NCBI GenBank assembly: GCA_951406725.2 | Contig: OX597831.1 | Coordinates: forward strand, 82,522,001 to 82,586,000 | DNA from: Octopus vulgaris | Taxonomy: Eukaryota | Length of the DNA stretch: 64,000 nucleotides | Reading direction: 5' to 3' | Shown here: piece after piece, positions 25,161 through 39,220 of the stretch | Position numbering within the stretch: the first letter of the stretch is position 1 | Layout of the letters: each line of letters starts with the position of its first letter | The notes under the pieces: model-generated | Seen by the model: the letters and a program-made list of their open reading frames with translations, nothing else | Database searches by the model: none | Told to the model about the DNA's origin: nothing | Made by a program: the position numbers and the translations under genes

Positions 25161-27235
25161 TTGTGTGTAATATTTCAGCGTATGTATGTAATATTGTTTT
25201 TGTAACCTTAATAGTTTGGCTAATTTGAATGACAGCGTAAGGGAAGTAACTCTGATAATCCAAATATTTCTTCTGACAAACAAAAGTCTAATTGACAATG
25301 AGCTAATTAATGATGCGTTTAATTACGCACATTAATTTTCCTGTATTTATCTTTCAATCAGACATCAATGACCACCTCCCACAACCCCAGTGTTTAATTA
25401 AATGTTTATAATTACAATTCTGTATAAGTTTTCTTATTACATTTGGTCTTATACTTTGAAGAAGGTGAAATATTATTTAGAAGCTGGAATATATTCTCAA
25501 CTGGATTCTGTAGACTTTGGAATAAAGCTGTAAAGTTAGGAAAGAGAGAAAATGCACAAAGATTGAGAGGTGTCATTCATTTCAGTATGAGTCGTTTCTG
25601 ATTCCACTCAGAATTCGGCTGCTGCGAGTCATAAAATTTGTCACTCAAAGATTTCCTGCAAACATTTTTAAATCTTTAAAGACTTAATTTTAAAAAAAGT
25701 GGGGGTTGCAGGACAAGATGTTCAACCTTTCTTAGGACCACTGAGAATGTGGGAGGGTAGGAGAAGACTCAGCCAGAATGTTTGCTTCAGACTTGTTTTG
25801 CGTGTGAGAGAGAGAGAGAGAGAAGAAAGAAAGAAAGAAAGAAAGAGCCGAGCTGGGAAGAAGAGGCAGTGCCTATATCCTGAACTGAGAGCTGCAGAAA
25901 AATCATGTACGAGGTGAAAGGAATTGCAGGGGCCCAACATTGGGTCCTTGCGGGGCTGAAGGTGATGTGAATAATGAAAGGAAGAGAGACGAAATGAGTG
26001 AGACAAGATTAACCAACTGTAAGGAACAGAGACCAATGTAGTAGCAGTGGAAATGGGAAAGGGAGAGGACACAGTACAGCTGTGAAACAGAGGTTAGAAT
26101 GTGTTTATGAGTGAGTTTATACAAATCGGTTGAGTGACCCCTCAAGGTATCAGATGACTAAAAAATATGGGAGCAATTCTGACCCAAAATGTGACGGCGA
26201 TTTTCTATTGTGGGTCTCACTTGAGCTTCGTAGGGGGTCAGGAATTGTTAGGGGCTGAAGTATAGAGTGTGATTACGTCTATGAGTGGTGCTTAAGTGTG
26301 TGTGTGTGTGTGTGTGTATTTGAAAAAGGAATATTTTCCCAACCAAATGACAAGGAAAAAAATACATGTCTGCAACTTCCCCGCCCTCTGAGCCACATCC
26401 AAGACCAAAACAACAGCGAGAGGGGGAACGAGAGGAACAACTACTTCACTCCTAAAGTTCCAAGGTGAGATAACTAGATTTATTGCCAAGATGAAAGAGA
26501 GAACTGACTGAAGTGAAGTGGATTGCTTTGTGAGGTGACGACGAGTCTCTGTTTATCTCCCTTCGATCAGTCAGGTTGATGGAGGAGGAGAAGTGAAAAC
26601 TATGTCGATGTCAACACACCAACTACATATAAAACACATCTCTCTCACTCTTTCTCTCTCTCTCTCAATGAGAGAGAGAGAGAGAACAACACAATTAAAT
26701 ATGTAAAATGGTTTAAAAAATGGGTTACTGAAGAATTATAGAATTTTATTACATTTAAACAAAGTTGAATGGGAATAGCAAGAAGTATCCTGCAACAGTC
26801 TTATATGTATGTATATATGTGTGTGTGTGTGTGTATAATGTATATATGTGTGTGTATATCTATATATACATATATATATAAGGATAAGATCGTTATTTAA
26901 AATACCAGCTTTTGAAACAGACATACCTCTCATTCCTGGAAAATTTCCTAGAAAAACATAGTTTTGATTCACAATGGAGGCATTGTCAAAGTGCCATACA
27001 ATGGTTATATTACTGGAAGTGGATTTGAACTGATGTGTTTTAATGTGATAATTATATCTGCATACAACAGAGAGAGAGAACAATAGCTGAAAGGAAATAT
27101 GAAAATAAATAATCAAAATAACCCTACACACACACACATATATACACACACACACACACATACACACACACACATACACACACACACACACAACACACAC
27201 ACAAAATTGTGAATGTTGAAAATAAGACGACTTAC

Positions 27236-27322
27236 CTGAACATGTGGTTTCGTTAGGAGAGACTTTAATTCATCCGATTCGTTAGCACATGTGTCTGAGT
27301 AATCACTCAGAGCATCCAAAAT
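27236..27322 (-). CDS. CASK: CASK/LIN-2 internal coding exon (second L27 domain), 87 nt, phase 0-0, ILDALSDYSDTCANESDELKSLLTKPHVQ
   Basis: Minus strand acceptor cattaatgtttcatttttgtttaatccag and donor CAG|gtaagt. The L27 pattern ELxxLLxxPH matches vertebrate CASK [27 protein letters not shown] (recalled), and the exon is in the expected order after the 45069-44983 exon. Confidence 0.88.
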
Positions 27323-28236
27323 CTGGATTAAACAAAAATGAAACATTAATGAGGATCGAATATCTTTAAATCATAACAATGGATTATTGCATGAGGATGA
27401 AGTGACGGGGGTTTCAGTTAAGTCTTTAAGGATTACATTAATTGGTAGAAAACAAGAGGAGGTGCATCATCGTAAGAAGCTGAATGAACCCTAACAGACG
27501 ACTTTTGTGTGAGTCAACATCTTTAAAAACCTATGAAGACCAAACTAAGATTTATTTGAACTTGAAACATGGAAAAAAAGGAAAATAAACCTTGTTAATT
27601 AATTAGTTTGGTGTTTCACCAAGTTGACCCCTTCACACATTTTGGAGGACACAGGATTCCTATGGATTTAATTAACAGTTTAATTAGTAGTGCTATTTTA
27701 TTTACCCTGAAACAAGATATTGATAGAATCAATTGTCTTTTAAAACCTGTCAATGGTTTTAAAGCATCCCCCCCTCCCACAAGTATTGAACTAAGAGCAA
27801 AACACACTGAACTCTACTTCACCACAGAACTTATTTCTCTAATTCCCTAACCTAATCTTATCAATATTGTGTCTTTGAGACCCAGGATAGTAGTACTGAC
27901 GGCTGAGTATGAACCTGTAACGACATCAATTAACATGTTTAATATGAACCACATCGGATCTGGAAGGACTCACTGAAATGGTGAACCTACTCAGGCGGAA
28001 GAGTTTGCCAAAGAATCTCAACTCCTGTTCCTGTTATTCATTAATCTGCTCCCTTAATCCTCCACCCACTCTACCCTATTAACTACACTATGTATAGGGG
28101 TTTTTCACTAATGTAATATTCCACATCATAGACATCAACTTAAGAGTATGTATGTGCATATTTATAATACTTACACGCACATATCTTTTTTAGTATGTGT
28201 GTGTGCATGTGTGTATATTTATGTATGTGTATACAT

Positions 28237-28612
28237 GTGGAGGCACAATGGCCCAGTGGTTATGGCAGCAGACTTGCAGTTGTGGGATCCCAGTTTTGAT
28301 TCTCAGACCGGGCGTTGTGAGTATTTATTGAGCAAAAACACCTAAAACTCCACGAGGCTCTGGCAGGGGGTGGTGGCGAACCCTGCTGTACTCTTTTACC
28401 ACAACTTTCTCTCTTTCTTCCTGTTTCTGTCGTATCAGTATTTCAAAGGGCCAGCCTTGTCACACTCTGTGTCACGCTGAATTTCCCCGAGAACTACGTT
28501 AAGGGTACACGTGTCTGTGGAGTGCTCAGCCACTTGCACGTTAATAAATGAGCAGGCTGTTCCATTGATCAGATCAACCGGGACCCTCATCGTTGTAACC
28601 AACAGAGTTCCA
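28237..28612 (+). mobile_element. tRNA-derived SINE, second family, near full length
   Basis: tRNA-like head ggaggcacaatggcccagtggtta...gttttgattctcag with decayed A/B boxes; sits between microsatellites. Confidence 0.7.
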
Positions 28613-28620
28613 CGGTGTGT

Positions 28621-28668
<48 letters not shown>

Positions 28669-28795
28669 ATGTGTGTGTATATATATATATATATATACAT
28701 ACATATATATATATATATATACATACATACATATATATATACCTACATATATATATATATATATATATATACATACACACACACATATATATATA

Positions 28796-29600
28796 GCATC
28801 ATCATCATCATCATCATCATTTAATGTTCCTTTCTCCATGCTGGCATGGCTTGGACAGTTTGACAGTAGCTGACCAGCTGAAGAGCTACCCAGGCTCCAT
28901 GTCAGTTTTGAGGTGGCTTCTACCACTGAATGCCCTTCCTAACACCAACCACTTTACAGAGTGGCACTGGGTGCTTTTATATGGGCACTTTTATGTGCAT
29001 GAGCACCCACAAGCCCGCTCAGTTGGAAAAGGACGTGGGTGACATGCCTGTATGTAAGGATAACCAAGATTCTACTTAGCTTGGGGTGTGTCTTGACAAG
29101 CACAGCAAGCCAGCAGGAGTCTTGGTCCCCTGTCATCCCCTCTGTGAGGTCCAACATCTGAAGGTCCTTTCTCACCACTGCATCACACACCTTCCTGGGT
29201 CTACTCCTTCCACACATACCCTCCACACTTAGAGATCAGCACTTCTTGATGCAGCTCTCCTCATCCACACACGTCACATGACTGTACCAGTGCCATCTCC
29301 TCTCTTGCACACAACATCTGATGCCTTGTATACCCAGTTTTACTCTCAACTCACACTCTGCTGTACATGCACACTGACATTACCCATCCAGTGGAGCATA
29401 CTGGCTTCATGTCTTCACATGTCCTCAGTAGTCACAGCCCATGTGTCACTGCCATGTAGCATAGCTGTTCATACACAGGCTTCCTTACAATCTACCTTTC
29501 ACTCTGAAAGAGAGGCCTTTGTTACTAAAAGAGGTAGCAGCTGTCTGAACTTGGCCCAATCCGTTCTTATTCTGGCAACACTGCTCACTTGGCCACTGTC
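28796..29600 (-). mobile_element. 5'-truncated RTE LINE with (GAT)n tail
   Basis: Minus translation EGMCGRSRPRKVCDAVVRKDLQMLDLTEGM plus upstream ARIRTDWAKFRQLLPLL-like sequence; 3' UTR and tail are shared with the many short tail copies. Confidence 0.8.
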
Positions 29601-31415
29601 TGCTACTTCTAACACACACTCACACACATGCACAGAGACACACACCTCATCACAATGTCTTCTGCCGTAGCCTCAGACGATCAATGCTTTCGAAATAAAC
29701 TCAGTGGACAGAAACCGTAAGAAGTCAGTCGTACGTGTGTTCCCTTTCTCTTGACATTTGCCTACAAATTGTAAATATGGTGCGTCTTCATACAAGAAGT
29801 GGTGTCATTTGCTTGCAATATTTTGTGAGAACATGTCTGGCCATTGAGCTGCTTGTTGTTTGAAGTGCAGCCTGGTGCTAGAAAGAGCAGCTGGCCTTGG
29901 GAAAACCTGACTCTGCATCTTTCAGTTTGCCAATGCAAGAATGGAAATGGATATTTTCAATGATGATTATTCACACGAACATACACAGACACTTTGTACA
30001 TATATTATCTTTACAATATATATATATATATATATATATATCTACAATGTATATTTAACAATATACATGTGCTAATTAACCATATCTTTATAGCGTACAT
30101 CTGATACATCAGCACAATTTGATTAAAGACAACAAATTGAAACTATGAAGTCACTATCACCCCATTTTTTTTGTTAAAAGGTTATTAAATATACACACAC
30201 ATACATATGCACACACACATATTTACATTCACATGCACACACATATATACACACTCACACACACACACATACATACATACAATCATTATTTAATGATTGT
30301 TTTCCAGGCCAGCATGACTTGGATGAATGTATGTATGTACGCACACATACATATATGTACACACATATAAACATATTATATAAATGCATATATATAACTA
30401 TTTACACACACATACATGTATCTTCATGCCAACACATGCATGTATACACACACATACAGCAAAACTGGGATTAGTAATGTGAAAAAGGCTGACATTCAAA
30501 TAACAATCTCAGATATTTTAATTTTCCCTTTAAATTTATCTGAACACATGAAGAGTTTTAGAATTATATCAGATTAAAATCAAAGAATTAACCATGTTGT
30601 TAGGTTAAAAAAACAAAAACATTTTGAATCACTGCATCTAGTGTTTTGGAGTAATTAAAGCTTAAATATTTCTTTGTTGTCTATCAATGATAAAGAATAT
30701 TCTGGAAGCTTCTTTGAAGATTTTTTTTACTTGAAAGAAAGCCAAATCCCGGTGGAATCTTTTAAAGTGTTGTTATTATTCTAAACCATTTTTAGTAATC
30801 TTCCAGTGTTCTCAGTGAATCGATTGTCTTCCTCTCTGTCTCAGGGGATTCCTTCTAGACAGACACAAGTATTACCAAATGTATTCTTTACCAATCTATT
30901 TAAAATAACAACCAAATAATGGTATCATTTGTCTTGGCATCATCCTTTGATTTTAAGGGAGTGGTTAGAGTTGAAAGGAGTGCAGAAAGCTGAGAGAGAG
31001 GAGCAACAGTCAACTATATGAAAGAAAGGAACTGACTAGTTCCATGAAGGAGAGCAGCTGACCAGTACCCTATTGTATGTCCTGGTTCACTACTGAGGAG
31101 TTTTAAGCAGACTACCAGGGTACAGTGGAAGTGATGTCTATTTTCTTGACATTCTGTTCAGTTCCTTAAGACAAGGAAAGTTGTCTGAAATTTTATGAAC
31201 TCCCTTCCACATAACATTACAGAAAGCAGAGCAGTAACTTCATTGATCCTAAACAACAATAACTATTTGTCTGAGATATAACAGATATATCAGAAATATA
31301 ACCAGTACATATAACTGGTACATCTGCAATGTAGCTGTGATATCACAGAAATATCTGACGCATAACAACAGGTATATTTAAACATGGATCCTCTACTAAA
31401 GGGTTGATTACTTAA

Positions 31416-32497
31416 CCCTTTCGTTACTATATTTCTGACCAAATTACACCCCTTATGTGTTTCAATTAATTTCTAACGTAATCATAAATTTAGTCTGGTT
31501 TCATGAAACAACTATAACTTTTTTATTTAGCGATATATTAATCTGATTTTTGGAAGATAATTTAATGAAATATTCTCAACCAATTCTATACTATAATTGT
31601 TGTCACAAAGTGACTCTATTTGCAGGTAGATACAGGTAAATTCCACAAAATATAAAATTATTAAAATTTTGTTCAAACATCGCTATAGAAAATATTAGCT
31701 AATATTCAATTGGGTATACAACAAAATTTTACGATAGAATTTGTTATTCTGGGTAACTTTCTGATACCCATAATAATATTTATGGCAAAATAGGCCTTAA
31801 TTTCATTTAAGGTTATGGGAAACCACAAACTATCGTTTCTTTCGCTTTGTTTATGTTTAGCGTAACGGTTCGTTTCTGCCGTAATGATTTCAAATAGGCT
31901 CATTCGAAAAAGTAAATAGAAATAGCCTAAGGCTTTACCCTTCTGGGAAAGTCTGTGGCTTGGTCCAGTTTCTTCAGAAAAATCACCGAAAGAAACAGTT
32001 TTTAAATTTTCACTCCATTCAGGTGCCAATTCGTTTTCTTTATCGCTATCGGAGATCTCAGATTCACTGTTTTCACTTTCGGAAAATGAAACATCAAATT
32101 CATTATCAAATACCATGTGCTTTTTTTTTTCAGTCATAGAGTTAGATTTATGAAGGTCTTCAGTAGAAAATCCTTCGAATTCTGACTCGCTGCTTGATAT
32201 AATGAAATTCGTATCCATTTTTTGTCAGAATTACAAATTTTGAAAACACAATAGGAACAAATTTCGGAAAAAAATCTCCCAAAATTCACGGAATTAAAAT
32301 TACACTTCGATTATTGTACAAAACTGTAGTTGAACTGTTTACGAAGTATAATACGTGTTTTCACGAATGTACTGAAGAGATTTGCTCTGATATTCTCATT
32401 TAAATATGAATAGGTAAATTCGGGCGGCTTTGGGCGGTTTGGTTTCATAAACCAAAATTTTTTTCGGGCGGCTTTGGGCGGTTTGGTAACGAAAGGG
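31416..32497 (-). mobile_element. Internally deleted piggyBac transposon (1,082 bp)
   Basis: TTAA at 31412-31415 and 32498-32501; perfect 12-bp TIRs CCCTTTCGTTAC / GTAACGAAAGGG; transposase fragment inside. Confidence 0.93.
31706..32218 (-). pseudogene. Truncated piggyBac transposase, N-terminal 170 aa, no DDD core
   Basis: Acidic Ser-rich N-terminus, then YFYLLF..LFEIITAETNRYA..W..ITLNEIKAYFAINIIMGIRKLP, typical of the start of piggyBac/PGBD transposases. Confidence 0.85.
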
Positions 32498-33874
32498 TTA
32501 AACTACTCCCTAAAATTCTGTTCATTATTTGTCAAATTCTTTACCTGAAAACATCATAGAATTTGTAACAGTTTCTAGAAAATTTAACTGAAGGAGATCA
32601 ATAACAAGACTTACATTAAAACAGTCTTCATATTTACAAGAAATGATAGTGTGTGGGTGGGTGAGGGGACCGAAGTATATTAGGAGTAGCAGTCTGTGGG
32701 TAGTTGTTAGTTGAGTAAGTGTGGCTGCTATAAAGGAACTGAGGTATATTTTGGAGTGGCAGTAAGAAAAGATTTTTTTTTTTCACTGCTTTCACAGATT
32801 CCCATGACTCTGTCACCATCCAGTTCCATTATTATGAATTTGAATAAGGTGCTTGAGGCATATTGAGTCTTTCATTAACTGATTACACAAATGTGGATGC
32901 TGCCCTGACGGTTGATCTTCAAGGCTTCCCTCCACTCAGCATCAATGTAAGAAGAACCATTGGCTCAGTTGAGCTCTTCTGCTTCCTCTTCACACTCGGC
33001 CATGCAGCAGTCTCCTCATGTCACCTTATCCCTAGCAGGGTGGCAAGGGAAAAGGTCTACTCTAGATTTCAAGAGAAGGGACCAAAGTCATTGACAGTTT
33101 AATGGTGTCAAAAACTTTTAGAAGAATGTAACAGAGTTATTGATGTTGTTGATGATGATGACAAAAATGATAAGGAAGGGAGAATAATGATGTCAGTGAT
33201 GATGTGAATAACAGCGATTGATTGATATTGATTCTGATGATTGATACTGACATTGCTGATGAAAATACAAAAGTTGAACAATGTTAATTATGTTGGTAAT
33301 AATGCTGGTTGATGGCAATGGTAATGATGATGTTGATGATATTTAATTAAACTGTGAAGTGGTAATTAAAGAAAGAAATTTGTAAACTCATGATGAGAAA
33401 CTATTTTTAAAGACTTTCTCCTTCAAAGAAAACAGGGGGGAAATGACAAAATTCTAGAGAGAGTGGCATGAAGACAGAATTGTTTGCCTGCAGCCATAAG
33501 ACAAGGCTTTTATTGAATCTGGCTTTCAAGATCTTTACTTGAAAAATTCTTCCATTTATTCCACAAAATTTTCTAAGATATTTCACATGTAAATAGAAAT
33601 AAGTAAATAAAATACAAAACAAACAAAATATTGAAGCCAAATCAAAGATCAATAATCAGTTTTCAATATGATTTATATTGTTAAATCTGTGTCTTTATGA
33701 AGTTGTATTTAGAAAGTAGTTTTTAGCAAGTGATGGGGATTCAAACCTTGCTTTGTCACACTTTTACCTGAAAGTCTCTCTCATTAAACTTTCCATATCT
33801 TAATTTATCGTTAGCTGCCAAAACATGTTGGTGTGTCTTCTCACAAACAAATCTAATTAATTCTTTGTACACAC

Positions 33875-33918
<44 letters not shown>

Positions 33919-36900
33919 GTATAGGAAACAGTCATCTGGACACAGTTTGACAGTTCAAAATAATTCATTTAGATGTGACTGGTTACCGTTATATTACTGG
34001 TATTGTGCAGTATTTTCTGTAGAAATTTGCTTTTGTATTTATGGTTGTCAACAGGAAGCATTTTGTAAGCAGATAAAGCACTTTATATTTGACAACTGTC
34101 AGTTGACAATATTGAGTGAAAGGTCAGCTATAGTTTTAGAGAAAATCATAGAAATGTTGAAATTGTCCCCTCTACAGAGAGAACAGATGTTAAAACACAG
34201 GGGCAGTTTTTGTAAAAACTGTCATTAATAAAAAAATAGGGAGGAAATTCAATGGGGTGGGGTGGGGGGGACAAAAATAGGGTTCACTAAATTGTGTTAA
34301 ATAAAAACAAGATTGATATAAAAAATGAACATTGCTTGGTTGAGATGTTTACTTCACAACAAGGAAATCCATATTTTGACTTTTCCATTGTGTCGACTTC
34401 AGTATGAAATGTCTTCTTCTGTCATAGACTTGGTTCCACCCTATGCATTGCAAGTGGAATTTGAAAGATCAGAAACTGTAATGAAAATATGTCGTGTAGG
34501 TATGTGTGTGTGTATGTGTGTGTGTTTGCACATTGTTTTCAAATGAAAACCCCAAAATGTTTATTCCATCTCAACTGCATGGAGAGTGCCATCCTCACCA
34601 GAGGAATAGAAAGAAATCCAGGGATTGGACAATTGGAAATCGAATACCAATCACATTATTGATCACAAAATGGCATAAAATTAGTAAATGAGTAAAACAC
34701 TATTTTTTGTAAAAAGATTTAAATCTGCAAAAGAAAGTTTATATTTTTTTGACGGAGGGGAATATTGTCCGGGTTAAAGAAGATGGGTTAGAATTTGACA
34801 AAGAATTTTTCAAGAGCAAATTTATTGGTTGGAACGACCAATTTCACAAAATAGTTTTGATATAGAGAATAATATATAAAAAAAAAAGCTGTATTTACCT
34901 TAAAAGTCTACAGTTAAGGAAAAACACGTAACGTGTCGGGGGTGGTGGTGGTGGTGGTGGTGGTGCAAATAACAGCTGTTACTGAATCTGTCTTACCTAT
35001 GTGCAGCAGAGTGCCAACACAGCACAGTGTTTATAACAGTAGAAGGGAAACTGATAAAGTGTAATTAATTGCTTTCATTATGATAATTATGTTGGATTGG
35101 CTGTTGTATTTTTCAGGGAATTTTGTCTCAGAAATAAGCTGTTGCTTATATCTAAATTTTCCTTGTGATTCTTTCATTGAATTCTTTGAGGAAAGCAAAA
35201 ATCAATGGCAAGATGTATTGTTACGTTTTGTTTGTGGTTTCTAGAAATGGTATGTTGTAAACAGGTGGGTGTTAAGGAAATAGAAACTAAAGAGGAACTC
35301 AGAAATGAATAATGCCTGTTCCAAATGTAGGCAAAGTGTAAACCAAAGAAGAAAACAATGAGCAGGTAGTAGACAGATGCACAGGTAAGTGTGCATGTAA
35401 GAGGTGACAGGTGCACAGGTAGTGTGTATGTGATAGGCGACAGGTGAAATGATACTGGTGGTGGGAGTTATGTAAGGGGAAGAGGAGAAGGAAAGATTGG
35501 AAAGAAAAAAGAATAGAGAGGGAGGTGGCAGGGTTGGGAAAAAGTTGAAGAATTCATATTAAAGATGGTGAAGAATGAAGACGAGAAACATTGAGAAAAA
35601 GGAGGAATTAAACAAAGAAATGAGGTTGTGAGTGAGTTTGCGTGAGTATGTTAGAAACCAATTCCTTCCTTGTAGGAAAAGTTCACGTAATTAAAAGAAA
35701 AAGTAAAGAAACAAAGTTCCATTTTTTAAATTTAATTATCATAAACAGAGAGTGTTTACTTGTTGAACTCTAGAAAATTCTAGTAGATTTATAGTGGTCT
35801 GCTTACAGACTGTATTTATAAGAGAGAGAGAGAGAGAGTGTGTGTGTGTGTGTGTGTGTGTGTTGGTCTTGACTTGAAAACCTCATCTTTTTGTGATTAA
35901 ACATGCAAGCCAGACACAAATTTTGTTCTCCCCAGACAATGGAACAGACATTTGTGACAAATGTTTCACCAGTGAAGAATGCTCCACTCCATCGACCCCC
36001 AATGGTCAGTTCTCAGAGTAAAGAGCTGGACAGGCTGAGACACAGGACATGCAAACTGAGAGGTTACTTTGCTAAAAATGGATTCACAGAAGTTCCATTG
36101 GCCACGGGCTGGTGAGAAGAAGGAGGAGGAGGAGGTGGTAGGGACCTGTAACTCAGAACAGCTGGGAGTTTTGACAAGATAACATGCCATGGTGGAGCAA
36201 GGTCTTGACCCTAGAAAAGGGTAACATGTTGATGTAGCAAAAGCCATAATAGCTAAGTGATGTATCTAGAAATAAAGGATGAGAGTAGAGCATCAAGGAA
36301 TATTCTCAGATCAACAGCACAAAAAGAAAGAAAAAAAATAGCCTGAAATCAAGAGGTTATCCTATGTTCTGTGACTAAAGAATGTGAGGTGAGGGGTGTT
36401 GCAAGGTTACAAAGTGGTGCATCAGATTTTGTTGGGGAATGAAATACTTGGAATGACAGAATTCCACTTAACATCAACAGCGCAAGGAAGGAAGACATTT
36501 GAAAATAGTATGACAAGAAGTTGCTGATTGTGGAGAATGTCTGGGAGAAAGTAAGATTATGTCCAATACAGCCAACAGAGATACCAGCTAGTGGCATTGA
36601 CTCGGTTGAAATAGCCATTTCATGGTTAAAATAACATCCCATGGTCAATACAGTCATTAAGGATAAAGAAAAGCTGCCAAGCCATCAGGTACAGTTGCTG
36701 AGACACTCAGGAAATATTCAACAAAGCTCAGTCTACATGTTTGCTCAGTTTATTTTGAGACAGCACATGCTTGGTCAAGAAGTTACTTTGTAACCAGGTG
36801 GCTTTCAGTTCAATCCCATTGTTTGGCACCTTGGGCAAGAGTATTCTACATCTAACTTGGGTTAACAATACTTGTGCAAGAGTCCGTTTGGTATGTGGGT

Positions 36901-37743
36901 GTTTGTACCCTGTAACATAGCACTTAGGCAAACAAAAATCAATGCAATAAATATTGATGTTGAGGTGATGGTAATGTCCCAACATAGTCACAAACCAATG
37001 GATAAAACCAGTAAAAGAATATCTTTTGGAACCAATTAACTGTTATCACTCAGTTTGGCTCAGAGATTCTATTTAAAATTCCACATCTCAATAGTTTACA
37101 AAAAGACCGACTACCTTAGTGTTTCTGTTACTCAACTCTACATTCATTTGTTCTCATTCAATGGCTAACAGACAACAGTAGTTCATTTCATTGAGCAAAA
37201 AGGCTCATTTCCTACTGAGTCTTACCCATAGATTTCCACAACAGTTGTACTGAGTTTTTCACTCTTCCCAAATATTTTACCTATCCAACGGGAAGAATTC
37301 TGGGGAAATGTCACAAGAACACTTAGCTGCCCCTGTTTCAAAGGATTACAGAAGTGTTATACCATATATTATTTTCAAGATTTTGGCACAAGGCCAGCCA
37401 TTTTAGGGAAGGTGGGGAGGAAGGTGATTACGTTGAACCCATTGATCAACCCCAAAAGGATGAAAGGCAAAGTCGGCCTTGGCAAAATTTGAACTCAGAA
37501 CATACAGATGAACGAGATGCCGTTAAGCCCTTTGCCTGACAACTCTGCCAATGCCCCACCTTATACGTTGCAACATATTGACAGTTTAGACGTTAGATTC
37601 ATCTCAGATGTCACCATTCTTTAATAATGTCTAACCCTACTGCCACTGCTTTACATATTCCTTGTCTTTGGAACTGATCTGACATTGTACAGGGCTGGGC
37701 AGTCACTGATGGATATATATTAAACTTTACACAATTGACTGGT

Positions 37744-37778
<35 letters not shown>

Positions 37779-38889
37779 CCAAACAGCTACACACCCACCA
37801 CCACCACCACCATTTACTTTTATGATTGTGTTTCTGTTTGTTTATAACTAACATTATATAGGCACTAATGTGTGTGTGTGTATATATTGTGTATGTGGTG
37901 TGAGAGAGAGGAGAGTAACAGACAGAAATATTATAGACATGTGTGTGTGTCTGTGTGTGTGTGTGCAGATATCGCAAATGTATTCCTTCTCTTTAAATGC
38001 TATCTGTAAGATCTATCAAAAACTGGTAAAAGAAGTCTTACATAGAAACACTAAAAGAATGGTTAGCTAAAGAATTGGTAAAATAATTGTTTCTGATGTT
38101 TTTATCTCACCATTCCTTTATGTTGTCGCAATAAAAGTTGGTGTAATAAAGTTTATGGTGACATTTTATGGAGATAATTTCTGTTTTATCGAACAACACT
38201 TGCCTTTTACATTGAACACACACACACACACACATGCGTAACGTACATGCACATATGTCGTGAGCTCATGTGCACACACACACACACACACACATGTGTG
38301 TTGTCTGTCTGTGCATACTTGAAGAGAATGGAGAAGAGAGACAAAAGAGGGGTTAATAATGGCGCCGCCTGATGGTGCCTATGTTTGATGGAAGTATTGA
38401 TAGGAATGGTTTGATGAAGAGAAGATAACAGCATCAACAAAAGATGTGAGACTAAAGAGATGGGGGGCGGGGGCGGAGTGTGGGTTGAGTTTTATAAGGA
38501 AGAAAACCGTTTCTGTAGAGTATAGTGTGTTGTGGTAAGAATGGAACTGAGACAACCCAGAACCATGACAACCCTCACTGAAATATGGCTCAGTTATTGA
38601 TGATGCAATATTAGAAAATGACCAAATTATGGAAAAATATGGTCAACTGATCAGTTAGAAATAGCAGTTAAATGCCCCTTAAAGTGCCTAACAGTCTAGT
38701 CACTTAAAAAACATGAAGTAGTCTTAAATGAAATGTGAAAATAAGACAGGGTGGCCATAGATGGAATTGATAAGTCAGGGTTGACCTGGGGTTAAACAAC
38801 AACAAAGTAACCAGCTCTAGTTGCAACAGTTGTAGGTTCTGTCCCTCCTCACAGCCTGCAACTGTTGTTAGAGTTACTTTTGTGTTACA

Positions 38890-39162
38890 TGGTGGTGGTG
38901 GTTGTGGTTGTGGTGGTGGTGGTGGTGGTGGTGGTGGTGGTGGTAGTGGCGATGGTGGTGGTGGTGGTGGTTGTGGTGGTGGTTGTGGTGGTGGTGGTGG
39001 TGGGGTAAAAGAGTGGAAGAAAGATTAAAGAAGAGAGAGAATCTAGTTTATTATCCAGTAAATTGCTGGTGAGGAGGGAGGGAGGGAGGGGGATGCTATT
39101 TTTGAATGGAGAGGGGGTGGTTGAGGCGTGATGAGAGAGGTAGGGATGATGATGCTGACACC

Positions 39163-39194
<32 letters not shown>

Positions 39195-39220
39195 CAGCAA
39201 CAACAACAACAGCAGCAGCC
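38890..39220. repeat. (GGT)n tract and nearby (CCA)n/(CAA)n/(CAG)n tract
   Basis: Directly visible; source of spurious poly-T/C/V ORFs. Confidence 0.9.

Noticed and set aside
27293-27310. 7-bp hairpin inside the CASK exon (TCTGAGT-AATC-ACTCAGA) as an editing structure
   Set aside because: Too short to be significant or to serve as an ADAR substrate alone.
32530-32565. Minus-strand ttttcag|gtaaag as a possible recursive splice site in the 17.7-kb intron
   Set aside because: Short pyrimidine tract and non-consensus donor; expected by chance without saw-tooth RNA-seq evidence.
34601-34724. Minus-strand segment with good acceptor (ctttcttttgcag) and gtgagg donor
   Set aside because: Stops in all three frames and no other support.
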